64,000 nt of DNA from Octopus sinensis (Eukaryota): positions 113,212,001-113,276,000 of the forward strand of contig NC_043002.1 of assembly GCF_006345805.1 (NCBI RefSeq), written 5' to 3'. The notes under the pieces were generated by a model. That model was not told where the DNA came from, did no database searches, and saw nothing but the letters and a program-made list of their open reading frames with translations. The translations under genes were made by a program, and so were the position numbers. How positions within the stretch are numbered: the first letter of the stretch is position 1; each line of letters opens with the position of its first letter. This document shows, piece after piece, positions 51,036 to 64,000 of this stretch.

Positions 51036-52180
51036 TGGGCAAACATGTGTGTGAATTGGAAGATTATGGGAGCGCGCGCGCGCGTGTGTGTGTGTGTGTG
51101 TGTGTACACGTGTCTATGTGTGAGGAAACAAGTACGTACGCGTGTACGGAGCGAGGTGCGCGTATGTGCTCCGTGTATTTATGCGTGCATGTATGTGTGT
51201 GTGGACGTATATGCGGGAGTGTGTTAGGCTGCTTAACATGTGTGTGTGAAGCTATCTGATGTGTTTGTTTGTGTGAAAATGCATGTTGTAGCAGCTAATG
51301 CGTGCCAGTAGTGGTTGTGTATGCGTGTGTGCGTGTGTTTGTGTATGGGTGCACATCTGTGTGGTATGTGTGTGTGTGTGTGTGACTCTGTGTCTGTGTG
51401 GTGTGGTGTGTGTGTGTATGTGTTTGCATGTGTCATGTTTTAGGCTTGTGTAGGTGTGTAAAAGTCAACCGGATATACGCGTGTATGTGTATGTGTATGT
51501 GTCTGTGTGTGCGTAAAAATCAACCGGACATATGCGTGTGTGCGTGCGTGTCAGTATGTGGGAGTGTCTGTGTGTGTATGTATAAATAAGTACTGGGCTT
51601 ACAAAGAATAAGTCCCGGGGTTGATTTGCTCGACTAAAAGGCGGTGCTCCAGCATGGCCGCAGTCAAATGACTGAAACAAGTAAAAGAGTAAAAGAGTAA
51701 AGAGAGTATACCTATAAAGATTATGCTGTTCAGATGCTCATATACCATGATTTCGTGTGTTGGCCCACGAGCCTTAACCTTCATCAGTATGAGTCACTTG
51801 GCAATACATTCCAAATCCGCCACGTTATAAATCCATTAGCGCTCTGGCTTGTTTTGCGACAAAAACCAGCAACGCATATTTATGAGCAAAAAACATTCGA
51901 ATGTTCACAATCGAAATACGATGTTACTATTGTTAATACCATCTATGGCAAATATTTTTATTTGATATTAACAGCAGTAAGATAGGCGGTTCGCAAGTTT
52001 AATAGCATCATAAGCCATAAAATATAAAATATATAATTAGCACGAATCTTTAAGGATGCAGTGAGCATCAATCTATTCAGAAATAAGAGCTAGGGTCTCA
52101 TTTCAACCGCCATAAAGGCACCAAAATCATATTTTTTATATTTTTTATATCTTATATTTTATACCTTATAATGCTATATA

Positions 52181-52523
52181 TGTGAAGGCGCATGGCTCAG
52201 TGGTTAGAGCGTCGAGCTTACGATCGTGAGGTTGTGAGCTCGAATCCCGGACCGGGCTGCGTGTTGTGTTCTCGAGCAAGGCATTTTATTTCACGTTGCT
52301 CCAGTTCACTCAGCTGTAGAAATGAGTTGCGACGTCACAGGTGCCAAGCTGTATCGACTTTTGTCTTTCTCTTGGATAACACTGGTGGCGTGAAGAGGGG
52401 AGGCCGGTATGCATGGGCGACTGCTAGCCTTCCATAAACAACCTTGCCCGGACTTGTGTCTAGGAGGGTAACTTTCTAGGTGCAATCCCATGGTCATTCA
52501 TGACCGAAGGGGGTCTTTACTCC
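52181..52523 (+). mobile_element. Full-length SINE family D with 13-bp TSD
   Basis: TSD ttataatgctata at 52166-52178 and 52526-52538. Confidence 0.92.
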
Positions 52524-53538
52524 TTTTATAATGCTATAAAACACATATATTTGTGTGTGTGTGTGTATGTAAACACACACCTGTAGATCACTCCCAATTA
52601 CATTTTGGTACCGACGAACAAGGTTCTACTTAGTCACTCAACCAGCTAGAAATAGCTGCCAAATCTCTTTAGAATCCCACTTATGCGCTTAAAAAAGGAG
52701 CACATTGGATAACATGTCGTTGGTACATCGTGCTGGAAAAATGAAGGGATGGTCACAGCGACAATGGTTTGCATTACAGGTCTCCTGATGCGAAGTGCAA
52801 TGGACACGAACTGCAGCGACTCTATCAGTGACAATATATCTTTATTCTAAAGGGTAGTAATATGACTACAATCCAGAAAAGCTTAATATCAATGTTATTA
52901 CGAGTAAGTACTAACTACATATTATGCTAGCGAAAAGACTTTATGCTGGCTCAGATATCAACATGTTTAACACTTAGACATTTGAATAAAATATTTCTTA
53001 TGATAACTGGATCGTCTGACCTAGATCTCAACTTATTAAATCTCAGCATTCTTCCAATATGGTATCGTGGTCTACCTTGTGATTACATCTGAAACATTCT
53101 CAAAATAGAAAGACAACCCAACCCTCAATATAATATTCGGTATCTATTGCAATTTTTATGCCAACGGCGATGGCGTAGTTCAAAAATAGAAACTAATTCT
53201 CAGTAATAAATAGAAAACCAGTATATCATAATATCAGTTCAACTAATTGCAGTACTTTGCATAATCTCTCCAATGATTTTAACATTGCAGACATGGAGTA
53301 ATTGTATTCCTGTATGTGCGAAGTATATGACAGAAAATCTGAAATGATGGATGCAGTTTCACTGGAGCTTTAGCTGCAACTGGCGTATTGAAGTGTTTGT
53401 GATGGTGATCAATGTGCTTGAACTGGTATAAAAACAAGTAATATCTGACTGGAAGAATTAAGTGAATGCATCACAATAAGTCAAGTATTCAAAAGTTTAT
53501 TTTCATATAACTATGAAATTATCAACTGCATTAGTACT

Positions 53539-53770
53539 TATTTCTTTACTACCCACAAGGAGCTAAACACAGAGGAGACAAACAAGGACAGACAAACAGA
53601 TTAAGTCGATTACATCGACCCCAGTGCGTAACTGGTACTTAATTTATCGACCCCGAAAGGATGAAAGGCAAAGTCGATCTCAGCGGAATTTGAACTCAGA
53701 ACGTAAAGGCAGACGAAATACGGCTACGCATTTCGCCCGGCCTGCTAACGTTTCTGCCAGCTCGCCGCCT
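53539..53770 (-). mobile_element. Full-length SINE family B with 8-bp TSD
   Basis: TSD ttagtact at 53531-53538 and 53771-53778. Confidence 0.9.
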
Positions 53771-54287
53771 TTAGTACTGTTGATTAGTAACAGAATTCAT
53801 TACCAAAAAATGATGGGACAACCTTTGGTTTAATCTGGAAGGAGAAGTTATCCTCATGATTTTTCCGGGCCATATAAGACCGCTTCATTTTCCTATTGAA
53901 CAACTGCAAGTTTTTGGCAGTTAGTAGGGTAACACTGGCAGGGTGGAAATTTCAGAGAGCAGACTTTCTGATAGGTAGTAAGAAGGATTCGGTGCAGTAG
54001 TTGGTACGAGATCAAGAGGAGTATTCACAATATGAGCGGCGAGAGGGAGAGATACGAATGAGTTCATTGGCGTGGGTCAAGATGATCAAGACAATCCAGT
54101 AGTAACGAGTTGAGGTCACTGTGGAAAAGATAGATTAATCGTGGTTCAAAGTAAGATATATATAAATATTATTTATATATTGTATTAATTCTGTGACTAT
54201 TTCGTGGCACAGAAGTATTTTTGACCTCTATTTTTAGCGATGCAGGTGCTCACGTAGTACCCTTGTATACACACACACACGCACTCA

Positions 54288-54348
<61 letters not shown>

Positions 54349-55252
54349 TTTGCCTGTACGGCTGGTATTCGCTGCCACTAGTAAGGGCATTTTCATAGTA
54401 CTATCACTTATATTTACTTTATGTGTGTGTGTTTGTGTGTCTGTGTTTGTGTCTGTGTTTGTACCCCCATCACCGCTTGACGACTGTTGTTGGTGTGTTT
54501 ATGTACCCGTAACTTAGCGGTTAGACAAAACAGGCCGATGGAATAAGTACCAGGTTTTAAAAAGAAACAAGTCATTCGACTAAAAACTATTCAAGGCGAT
54601 GTTCCAGCATGGCCACAAGTCAAATGACCAAAACAAGTAGAAGAGTAAAAAAGTAAAAAAGAACATGTAAAGGAAAATCTTAGTGTTTCTTTGTGGGTAA
54701 TCAGTTTACAGCAAAAATCACGGCTTCATCATCAGCATTGCTTTAGTAGGACTCGATTATCTGATAAACAAACACAATAGAACAAGATTAGGATGTTTAG
54801 TTTGAGAAACGTGATAAGCAAATAAGAACGATCACCAAGAAAACATCGTCCGAAGTGTGTTGATAGGGGAAGAGCTGAGAGCGGGGTGGGTAGGACTGCT
54901 ACTGCTGCAGTGATGTAGGTGGGAACAAGAACTTGGTTAGGATGGCTGTGGTGGTAGTGGTGGTGTATGATTTTTGTGCGTGTGTGCGATTGCGGCGACG
55001 GCGGTGACAGCGGTGGCGGCGGCGCTGGTGTAGGTGGTGGTGGTGCTGGTGGTGCTGGTACTGGTAACCGGCGTCGTCATCGTCGTCGTGGTTATTCGTA
55101 GCCGGTGGGGGGGGGGAGAGTTACTGATAGCAGATGTAGCAATGTAGATGGAAATAAGAACTTAGTTATGATGGCGATGCTGGTTATGGTGGTTGTGGTG
55201 GTGTATGATTTTTGTGCGTGTGTGCGTTTGTGTATGTGTTTGTATTAGTAAG

Positions 55253-55595
55253 TGAAGGCACATGGTCCAGTGGTTAGGGAGTGGGACTCACAATCATGAG
55301 GTAGTGAGTTTGATTCCCGGATCGAGCTGTGTGTTGTGTTCTTGAGCAGGACACTTTATTTCATGTTGAGTAAGAGATTCCAGTTCACTCAGCTTTAGAA
55401 ATGAGTTGCAACGTCACTTGGCGGCAAGCTGTAATCGCCTTCGCCTTTCCTTTGGATGACATCGGTGGTGTGAAGAGGGAAGCTGGTATGCATGGGTGAC
55501 TGCTGGTCTTCCACAAACAAACTTGCTCGGACTTGTGCCTCGGAGGGGAACTTTCTGGATGCAATACCAAGGTCATTCATGACCGAAGAAGCTGG
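55253..55595 (+). mobile_element. SINE family D, diverged
   Basis: Homology to 52181-52523. Confidence 0.88.
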
Positions 55596-55610
55596 GAGTT
55601 TTACCCCTGG

Positions 55611-55992
55611 GATCTGTTCAGTTTGGCCCACGGATTAAAAAAATTTTTTAAGTGAACAGTTTGAAACTTCGTATACTGGTGTAATTTCTCACGCAGAACA
55701 CGGTCTATTTTGAACATTTTTGACAAGATTTCGTATTTTAGAAGTTATTTCGTATTGAAGTTATCGTATTTAGGTAATTTTAACCATTCTTCAACTGGAT
55801 ACATGTCGTTGATTGGTTAACATTACGCAAATACGAAAACTTTAACACGAAATAGCTTCTAAAGTACGAAATTTTGCCAAAATGTTCAAACTAAACCGTT
55901 TTCTGCGTGAGAAATTACACCAGTTTACGAAGTTTCAAACTGTTTACTTTAAAAAAAAATCTGTGAGCCAAATTGAACAAATCATACCCTTG
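55611..55992. mobile_element. MITE with ~150-bp imperfect TIRs; left tip lost next to SINE D
   Basis: gtttgaaacttcgta...ctggtgtaatttctcacgcag pairs with ctgcgtgagaaattacaccag...tacgaagtttcaaac; right end cccttg|TA. Confidence 0.75.
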
Positions 55993-56080
55993 TATTGGTA
56001 TGTATGTGCAAGCATGTATGTACCTCATACATGTATGAATGTGTTTGTGTCTGTATGTGTGTGTATCAACAGAAACGTGT

Positions 56081-56227
56081 GTGCGGTGCGGTGCGGTGCG
56101 GTGCGGTGCGGTGCGGTGCGGTGCGGTGCGGTGCGGTGCGGTGCGGTGCGGTGCGGTGCGGTGCGGTGCGGTGCGGTGCGGTGCGGTGCGGTGCGGTGCG
56201 GTGCGGTGCGGTGCGGTGCGGTGCGGT
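56081..56227. repeat. (GTGCG)n pentanucleotide array
   Basis: About 29 uninterrupted units. Confidence 0.97.
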
Positions 56228-56749
56228 GTGCGTAGATGAGTGTACTTGATGAAGTACATTGCAAATGGAGGGTATTTTTTTATTCTTAAGAAACCTGATA
56301 TCAAACACGCCCACACACACACAGAGGTAGGCCTTAAGCCTACAACCTTTGACCCTTGTAGGAGTGACGGATATGGTGATGGCCCAAATATCAGCTGATA
56401 AAGAAGAATGTAATGCGACAACAATGAACGACGACAACAACGAGGAGGGGGAGGAGGAGGAGGGGAGGAAACCAATTTCTCAGGATGAGTAAGAAGCAAG
56501 CATATTCCCCACTGTAAAACGCTTTGTTCTTGTTATTTGTAAGTGAAGACTGACGAAATATGTGTAGTGGTGTAGGGAGGAGGAAGAGAGGAGGTGAAGG
56601 AATAATGTCTCGAGGTGAGAATCATGTTTCCCTGATTGCGAGAGAGAGAGAGAAGGAGGGTGTGTGGTGAATAATGTATTGTAAGGAAAGGGGTGAGTGA
56701 TAGGAGGAGATATGGAAGGTAGTGTGATTATCTGTCTAGAAATAAATGT

Positions 56750-56760
56750 GTGTGCATGTG

Positions 56761-56819
<59 letters not shown>

Positions 56820-57053
56820 TGTGTGTGTGTGTGCGCGTGTGCGTGTGTGCGTGTGCGTGTTTGCGTGTGTGTGTGTGTATGTGCGCGTGTGTGTGTGTGC
56901 GCGTGTGCGTGTGTGTGTGTGTGTGCGTATCAGTGTATCGTTAGCAATATGTTTGTGTGCATATAAATACTTCCTTTAGGCTGAAACTTATAAAAGAATA
57001 CACACACATGCACACACACACACGCACACACACATGCACACACACACACGCAC

Positions 57054-57086
<33 letters not shown>

Positions 57087-57390
57087 CACACACGCACATA
57101 CACACACACGCACACACACATGCACACACACACACACGCACATACACACACACGCACACACACATGCACACACACACACATGCACACACACACGCACACA
57201 CATACACACACACGCACACACACATGCACACACACACGCACACACATACACACACACATGCACACACACACACATGCACACACACGCACACACATACACA
57301 CACACGCACACACACATGCACACACACACGCATGCACACACACACACACACCATGCACACACACACACACGCACATACACACACACACAC
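56750..57390. repeat. (GT)n-rich tract followed by a (CA)n-rich tract
   Basis: Direct reading; the two tracts are mutually complementary. Confidence 0.95.
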
Positions 57391-57720
57391 TGAAGAAGAG
57401 AATTACAGAGAAAGGTGTATGAGCTAATACAGGAAAACAGGACAGAGTGGTGGGACGGGGTATGAAATAAATTAGTTTAAAATGAAATCCGTGACAAGAA
57501 ACATTTCAAGAGAATGAGTAATAAATATCATGTTAAAGTCACAGCCCTTTATGTGTAATATAGACACACAGGTATGCCATGAGGTTACGTTGCTAGCTTT
57601 GCACCGACCAAGTCTTGAGTTCAGTCTCAACCAGTGGTCAGATGTATAACAGTCAATTTCTTTATTAACCGATGAGGTTGAGAAAAAGAGGGGACGATAC
57701 GAGGACAGACAAAACAAACA

Positions 57721-57869
57721 TTGACTGCGGCCATGCTGGAGCATCGCCTTTAGTCGAGCAACTCGACCCCGGGACTTATTCTTTTTGTAAGCCCAGTACT
57801 TAGTCTATAGGTCTCTTTTGCCGAACTGCTAAGTAACAGGGACATAAACACACCAGCATCGGTTGTCAA
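57721..57869 (-). mobile_element. SINE family A fragment, inverted relative to the adjacent copy
   Basis: Reverse complement of 58142-58290 with three differences. Confidence 0.88.
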
Positions 57870-57914
57870 TCAATGAGACGAAACGTATGAATAAACAAAC
57901 AATTAAAATATATA

Positions 57915-58322
57915 CAGGAGTGGCTGTGTGGTAAGTAGTTTGTTTACCAACCACATGGTTCCGGGTTCAGTCCCACTGCGTGGCACCTTGGGCAAGTGTC
58001 TTCTACTATAGCCACGGGCCGACCAAAGCCTTGTGAGTGGATTTGGTAGACGGAAACTGAAAAGAAGCCCGTCGTGTATATATATATATATGTATGTGTG
58101 TGTATGTGTTTGTGTGTCTGTGTTTGTCCCCCTAGCATTGCTTGACAACCGATGCTGGTGTGTTTATGTCCCTGTTACTTAGCAGTTCGGCAAAAGAGAC
58201 CGATAGAATAAGTACTGGGCTTACAAAAAGAATAAGTCCCGGGGTCGAGTTGCTCGACTAAAGGCGGTGCTCCAGCATGGCCGCAGTCAAATAACTGAAA
58301 CAAGTAAAAGAGTAAAACAAGT
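57915..58322 (+). mobile_element. SINE family A
   Basis: Homology to family A. Confidence 0.9.
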
Positions 58323-59262
58323 AAGAGAGTAATTAAATGAGAATGAGCGGAGGACGGAGTCGATCCCACAAACCACATACTCACACTGAACACTTTGCTT
58401 TCCCCTTTTTTACATTCTCGTTTAAACAGGTTCTTTCACTCGCAACATACTTGCTATATGCTACCATCTTTTACAAAACACAATTTGCGACCGGTATTTC
58501 TTTCCAGCCTTATTTTCCGTTTTATGTGGAAAACAAATAAGTCGATGGGCAACCTGCGGCCCCTGCGGCCCCCGGGATTTTCTGAATAGCAATACCTGAC
58601 GAAAGATTATCTTAAATAATTTTAGTAGTGCGGTCCGTCTGATGATGAGCCATGTTTTATGCAGTCACCCATGCCTGTACTATAGCCTCAAAAAGACTAA
58701 CGCCTTATAGGTGAGATTGGTAAACGGAAACTGTGCAGAAGCCCGTCGTGTGTGTATTTGTGTGTGTGTGTATGTGAGTTTATATGTGTTTATGTGTTTC
58801 TATGTATTTGCTTTTACACTCGGCAACTTAATGGCGCAAAAAAAGAAAGATGGCTAACAATAATCACTTTTAAAAAGTAAGTAACTGACGTCCCACAACG
58901 GCTGCGTTCCTGTTCCTGAATGAAGTAAAAGAAGACATAGTAAATCCTTAAGAAAAAAAAAGTAGCAACCTCAGAGATTTCAAATTATATATTCAAGGAT
59001 TTTCGATGCTTTTATTCAATACAATAGATTAGAGATCTGGATACAATTTAGGAAATATCACCTAGGAAATATTACTTAATAAATTCCTCGATGCGCAAAA
59101 CCTGTAGAGAATAAGTAAAAGAAACGATTTCAAAATGACGGAAGCAGGCATAAATAAAGCAAGGGCTTTGTCAACGGTTTTGTAGAGTGTACGACAAATT
59201 ATAAAGTATGTTTAACCTTAGATTTTCTATCAATCCGGTTTTTTTTATTTTCCTCCGCTTTA

Positions 59263-59644
59263 TCCTTATATATAAAAGTGAGGTTGTGTGCTGTCTGTCT
59301 CCTACGATTTAGATTCCTAACTACTCCCACATTTTGCGGTGCAGTTTAGCCAAAACCGGGTATCTTATAGTCGTGATTCATATCGAGCCCTTCTGGGTAT
59401 TAGCGCGCGTCTACGATGAGTCTACGATTTTTAAAAAAATTACCATCAGTTTTTCCCATTTTTAATGCATTTTTGGCATATATAAGGGAAGTAACTCTCT
59501 AAAAATTTATTATTAAATCTCAGAATGTAAGAAGCTACATATGTGGTTAGCCATATTGAGATGGCTATTATACTTTACATCTCTAAAAATGCTTATATAG
59601 TTATTTCCCTTACAAACCCGAGCAACGCCGGGCGATACTGCTAG
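59263..59644 (+). mobile_element. Complete non-autonomous Helitron (382 bp)
   Basis: A|TC start, subterminal hairpin cccgagcaacgccggg (59617-59632), CTAG|T end, no TSD. Confidence 0.85.
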
Positions 59645-59700
59645 TTGTGTATATAATGCGGAACACATACAAACGCACGCACACACGATCACACGCACGC

Positions 59701-59738
<38 letters not shown>

Positions 59739-59949
59739 CAAACAAACAAACCCCCAAATACATCGAGAATAGAAATGCGATAAAATCAGCCGATTACATC
59801 TAGCCATTGGAATTGTTTCAGCTAATGCAAGATTATAGAACGGAAATTAAACATGCAATGTTTGCACAGCGAAGCCACTAACACCACCACCTGAACACTT
59901 TATAGGATTGTTCCTTACCCTATACACACATGCTTAATAATTACAACAC

Positions 59950-60170
59950 ACTAGGCGGCGAGTTGGCTGAATCGTTAGCTTACCGGCCAAAGAGGTTAGC
60001 GGCATTTCGTCCGTTCTTACGTTCTGAGCACAAATGCCGCCGGAGTCAACTTTGTCTTTCATACTTTCGAAATCGAGAAAATAAATACCAGTTGAGTATT
60101 GGAATCAATGTAATCGACTCACCTCACTTTCCGAAATTGCTGGCCTTGTCCTGAAAATTTGAAGCCAGTA
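59950..60170 (+). mobile_element. SINE family B, diverged
   Basis: aggcggcgagttggctgaatcgttag head and B-like body. Confidence 0.7.
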
Positions 60171-60187
60171 ATTACTTCACGTGTAAT

Positions 60188-60227
<40 letters not shown>

Positions 60228-60515
60228 GTGCTCATACTCATGTGCATGCTTCAAGTAACTGCATAATTTATATATTTAACACCATTTATCTCTTATTGTG
60301 TTGTTTTCTTCTTCTTCTTCTTCTTCTTCTTCTTCTTCTTCTTCTTCTTCTCTCTCTCTCTCTCTCTCTCTCTTCCTTTCTTTCTCTCTCACTTTTTCTC
60401 TCTCTCTGTCTCTCCTCCCATCTACCACTTTAACATGCTCCTTTGCTTTAAGTTTTCTCACCATTTCATTTACATAGATTTTATTCTTTTATGATACTCT
60501 TCCACAATTTATTTA

Positions 60516-60729
60516 TACTCTTTACTCTTTAACTTGTTTCAGTCATTTGACTGCGGCCGTGCTGGAGCACCGCCTTTAGTCGAGCAAATCGACCACAGGA
60601 CTTATTCTTTGTAAGCCTAGTACTTATTCTATCTGTCACTTTTGCCGAACCGCTACGTTACGGGGACGCAAACACACCAGCATCGGTTGTCAAGCGATGT
60701 TGGGGGGGGGACAAACACACACACACACT

Positions 60730-60774
<45 letters not shown>

Positions 60775-60942
60775 ATATATATGACGGGCTTCTTTCAGTA
60801 TCCGTCTACCAAATCCGCTCACAAGGCTTTGGTCGTCCCGAGGCTATAGTAGAAGACACTTGCCCAAGGTGCTACGCACTGGGAATGAACCCGGAACCAT
60901 GTAGCTGATAAACAAGCTACTTACCACAAAGCCACTCCTGCG
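60516..60942 (-). mobile_element. SINE family A
   Basis: Homology to family A. Confidence 0.9.
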
Positions 60943-61149
60943 TTTAATGTACACCTCAAGGAATTATATTTTTTCATCCGGTTTTTCATCTGTAACAAGC
61001 CTTTCTCACAAACGAGCAAAGTTGCTGTTTTGAAATTCATACATTTTGAGACTGAGACTGGGTGTCTGGTATGTCAAATTACTCATCAAATATTGGGGAA
61101 AACCAATATATGTAAATTATATATTCACATGTCTAATTTATGTTAATGT

Positions 61150-61533
61150 TGGAAGCACTCCGTCGGTTACGACGACGAGGGTTCCGGTTGATCCGAATCA
61201 ACGGAACAGCCTGCTCGTGAAATTAACGTGTAACTGGCTGAGCACTCCACAGACACGTGTACCCTTAACGTAGTTCTCGGGGATATTCAGCGTGACACAG
61301 AGAGTGACAAGGCCGGTCCTTTGAAATACAGGTACAACAGAAACAGGAAGTAAGAGTGAGAGAATGTTGTGGTGAAAGAGTACAGCAGGGATCACCACCA
61401 TCCCCTGCCGGAGCGTCGTGGAGCTTTAGGTGTTTTCGCTCAATAAACACTCCCAGCGCCCGGTCTGGGAATCGAAACCGCGATCCTATGACCGCGAGTC
61501 CGCTGCCCTAACCACTGGCCCATTGCGCCTCCA
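61150..61533 (-). mobile_element. Full-length SINE family C (tail a) with 11-bp TSD
   Basis: tatgttaatgt at 61139-61149 and 61537-61547. Confidence 0.9.
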
Positions 61534-61892
61534 TAATATGTTAATGTATGACCGAGTGAAACAGAAATCATAAATTTGGCATCATTCCTACTTCATTTAC
61601 TACTTCCTTAATTTAATTTGATAAAGGGTCACAATCTTATTTTCATTTCACAAATTCTTTCATAGTTATTATTTTGCTTTCATATATCTACATTTTTTTA
61701 GGAATTATTGTTTCTTAGGCTCCCACTAATATCAGAAGCTCACTTCTTTTAATGATGTACTTTAAGCCCAATACATGCCCGGAAAAATCATGAGGACAAC
61801 TTCTCCTTCCAGATTAAACCAAAGGTTGTCCCAACATTTTTTGGTAATGAATTCTGTTACTAATCAACAGTACTAATGCATGCGAATTACAC

Positions 61893-61958
<66 letters not shown>

Positions 61959-62124
61959 AGCCTAACTTGCTATAGCCATCTTGGAGGTTCTGGATCTTGT
62001 CATTCGGCATTCCAGAAACCTGCGAAGCTTGAAAAGCGGCGGAATCAAACTGTTATAAATAATACGTGGAACTCGTCCTAAACGTGTTGAGTGCCTTTCC
62101 TTTTGTTTGTCTACTCACTCCGTA

Positions 62125-62383
62125 TTCTTTTACTCTCTTTTACTCATTTCAGTCATTTGACCGCGACCATGCTGAAGCACCACCTTTTAGTCGATCAAAT
62201 CGACCCCAGGACTTATTCTTTGTAAGCCTAGTACTTATTCTATCGGTCTCTTTTACCGAACCGCTAGGTGACGGAGACGTAAAAGCACCAGCATCGGTTG
62301 TCAAGCGATGTTGGGTACAAACACAGACACGCAAACATATACACACACATAGACACACACACACATACATATATATATATATG
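62125..62383 (-). mobile_element. SINE family A, 3' half
   Basis: Homology to family A. Confidence 0.85.
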
Positions 62384-63267
62384 AAGTCGTAAGACGTCCA
62401 CTGTTTTGTCCTGTTATTACTATTCTTGTTTTTTATTTCTATTTTTTGTTTCTTGTATTTATGTTCGTGTGGCATCCTGTCCTTGTTTCGTATACATTCG
62501 ATCCTCTTTCCAAGAAATCTAATGCCCGTGGCTTAGTTTTTCTTTGGGACTGGCCGTATCGGAGCGATATCGAGGATTAACCAGCCGAAATTGCTAAGAT
62601 GATCCGGTTCCTGACTGAAGATTAGAGGCTTCGTCTGTTTTTTGTGCCGTCTCTTTGTGTGTTTTTGCGTTCTTTCCCATTTTGTAATTTATATTTAATT
62701 TCTATACATATATATATATATGTATATATAAACATATATGCGATGGCCTTCTTTCAGTTTCCATCTACCAAAGCTATAGTAGAAGACACTTGCCCAAGAT
62801 GCCACGCAGTGGGACTGAACCTGGAATCATGTGGTTGGTAAGCAGGCTACTTTATTTTTTTTAAATTTGCCATGAAGGTACGATACAGAGTAGCTTTCGG
62901 GCTGGACAGAAACATTGATGAGATGAATGATGAAATACAATTATATTAATGGGAGAAGACAAAAAACGCCCGCTTCTCTAAAACATTATTTTTTACACAA
63001 AAAACAAACCGAGGTATTGAACCTCTTACTTCCGTTTTTACAATGTTTTGGACTTAATAGTCCATTTACAAATTGAGGCGCTGAGCCTTTTGCATACTTA
63101 AACATTATAACAGTGAGGCTTTTCAACCTCTTGTCAATTTTCCTCCCCAACATCGCTTCTGCCCGTATACTCCGTCATTATCCACACCTCGTTTAAAACC
63201 AAAGCGGGCTCCGAGTCTGCGTCACCCGGCCACAAGCGATATTCCTCTTTGAGTCCCTCCAGCTTGT

Positions 63268-63657
63268 TCGCCAACCACATGGTTCTGGGTTCAGTCCCAC
63301 AGCGTGGCACCTTCGGCAAGTGTCTTCTACTATAGCCTCGGGACGACCAAAGACTTGTGAGTGGATTTGGTAGACGGAAACTGAAAGAAGCTCGTCGTAT
63401 ATATGTATATGTGTGTGTATGTGTTTGTGTGTGCGTGTGTGTGTATGTGTGTGTGTGTGTGTTTGCCACCCCACCCCCCAACATCGCTTGACAACAGATG
63501 GTGGTGTGTTTACGTCCCCGTAACGTAGCGGTTCGGCAAAAGAGACAGATAGAATAAGTACTAGGCTTACAAAGAATAAGTCCTGTGGTCGATTTGCTCG
63601 ACTAAAGGCGGTGCTCCAGCATGGCCGTAGTCAAATGACTGAAACAAGTAAATGAGT
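63268..63657 (+). mobile_element. SINE family A lacking the first part of the head
   Basis: Homology to family A. Confidence 0.88.
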
Positions 63658-63703
63658 ATTAAAACTATAATTTGTTTTTCAAAAAGTGCATATACATATA
63701 TAT

Positions 63704-63843
63704 ACGAAAGGCTTCTTTCAGTTTCCGTCTACCAAATCCACTCACAAGGCTTTGGTCGATCCGAGACTATGGTAGAAGACACTTGCCCAAGGTGCCACGC
63801 AGTGGGACAGAACCCAGAACCATGTGGTTGGTAAACAAGCTTC
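63704..63843 (-). mobile_element. SINE family A, 5' half
   Basis: Homology to family A. Confidence 0.85.
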
Positions 63844-63857
63844 ATACTATACATATT

Positions 63858-64000
63858 TCTTTACTACCCACAAGGGGCTAAACATAGAGGGGACAAACAA
63901 GGACAGACATAGGTATTAAGTCGATTACATCGATCCCAGTGCGTAATTGGTACTTAATTTATCGACCCCGAAAGGATGAAAGGCAAAGTCGACCTCGGCG
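63858..64000 (-). mobile_element. SINE family B, cut by the window edge
   Basis: Homology to 26055-26285. Confidence 0.88.

Noticed and set aside
63125-63270. Protein-like minus-strand stretch LEGLKEEYRLWPGDADSEPALVLNEVWIMTEYTGRSDVGEEN fused to a SINE A
   Set aside because: Too short to assign; the ORF exists only by read-through from the SINE.

Overview
This is AT-rich eukaryotic non-coding DNA, saturated with microsatellites and interspersed repeats. The SINE families look like those of Octopus/coleoid cephalopods; this is recalled resemblance, not a database result. No host-gene exon could be supported, and most ORFs in the supplied track are translated microsatellites or SINEs. Contents: (i) about 25 copies or fragments of one tRNA-headed SINE (family A) plus three other SINE families (B, C, D); (ii) decayed fragments of Penelope-like elements (GIY-YIG), R4/Dong (zinc knuckle, restriction-like endonuclease, RT), CR1/L2-type and RTE LINEs, mariner and Tigger-like transposases, Helitron-type elements and several foldback/MITE hairpins; (iii) many minimal type-I hammerhead ribozyme (HHR) motifs in unrelated sequence contexts. 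The strongest candidate for an undescribed system is a ~591-bp tandem array at 46153-48636, embedded in (TA)n and inverted at its centre. Each complete unit carries a hammerhead core, and a diverged dispersed copy at 12111-12483 shows compensatory base changes in its helices. This is the architecture expected of a retrozyme-like (self-cleaving, possibly circular RNA) element or a tandem Penelope pseudo-LTR. All coordinates and structures were read by eye.
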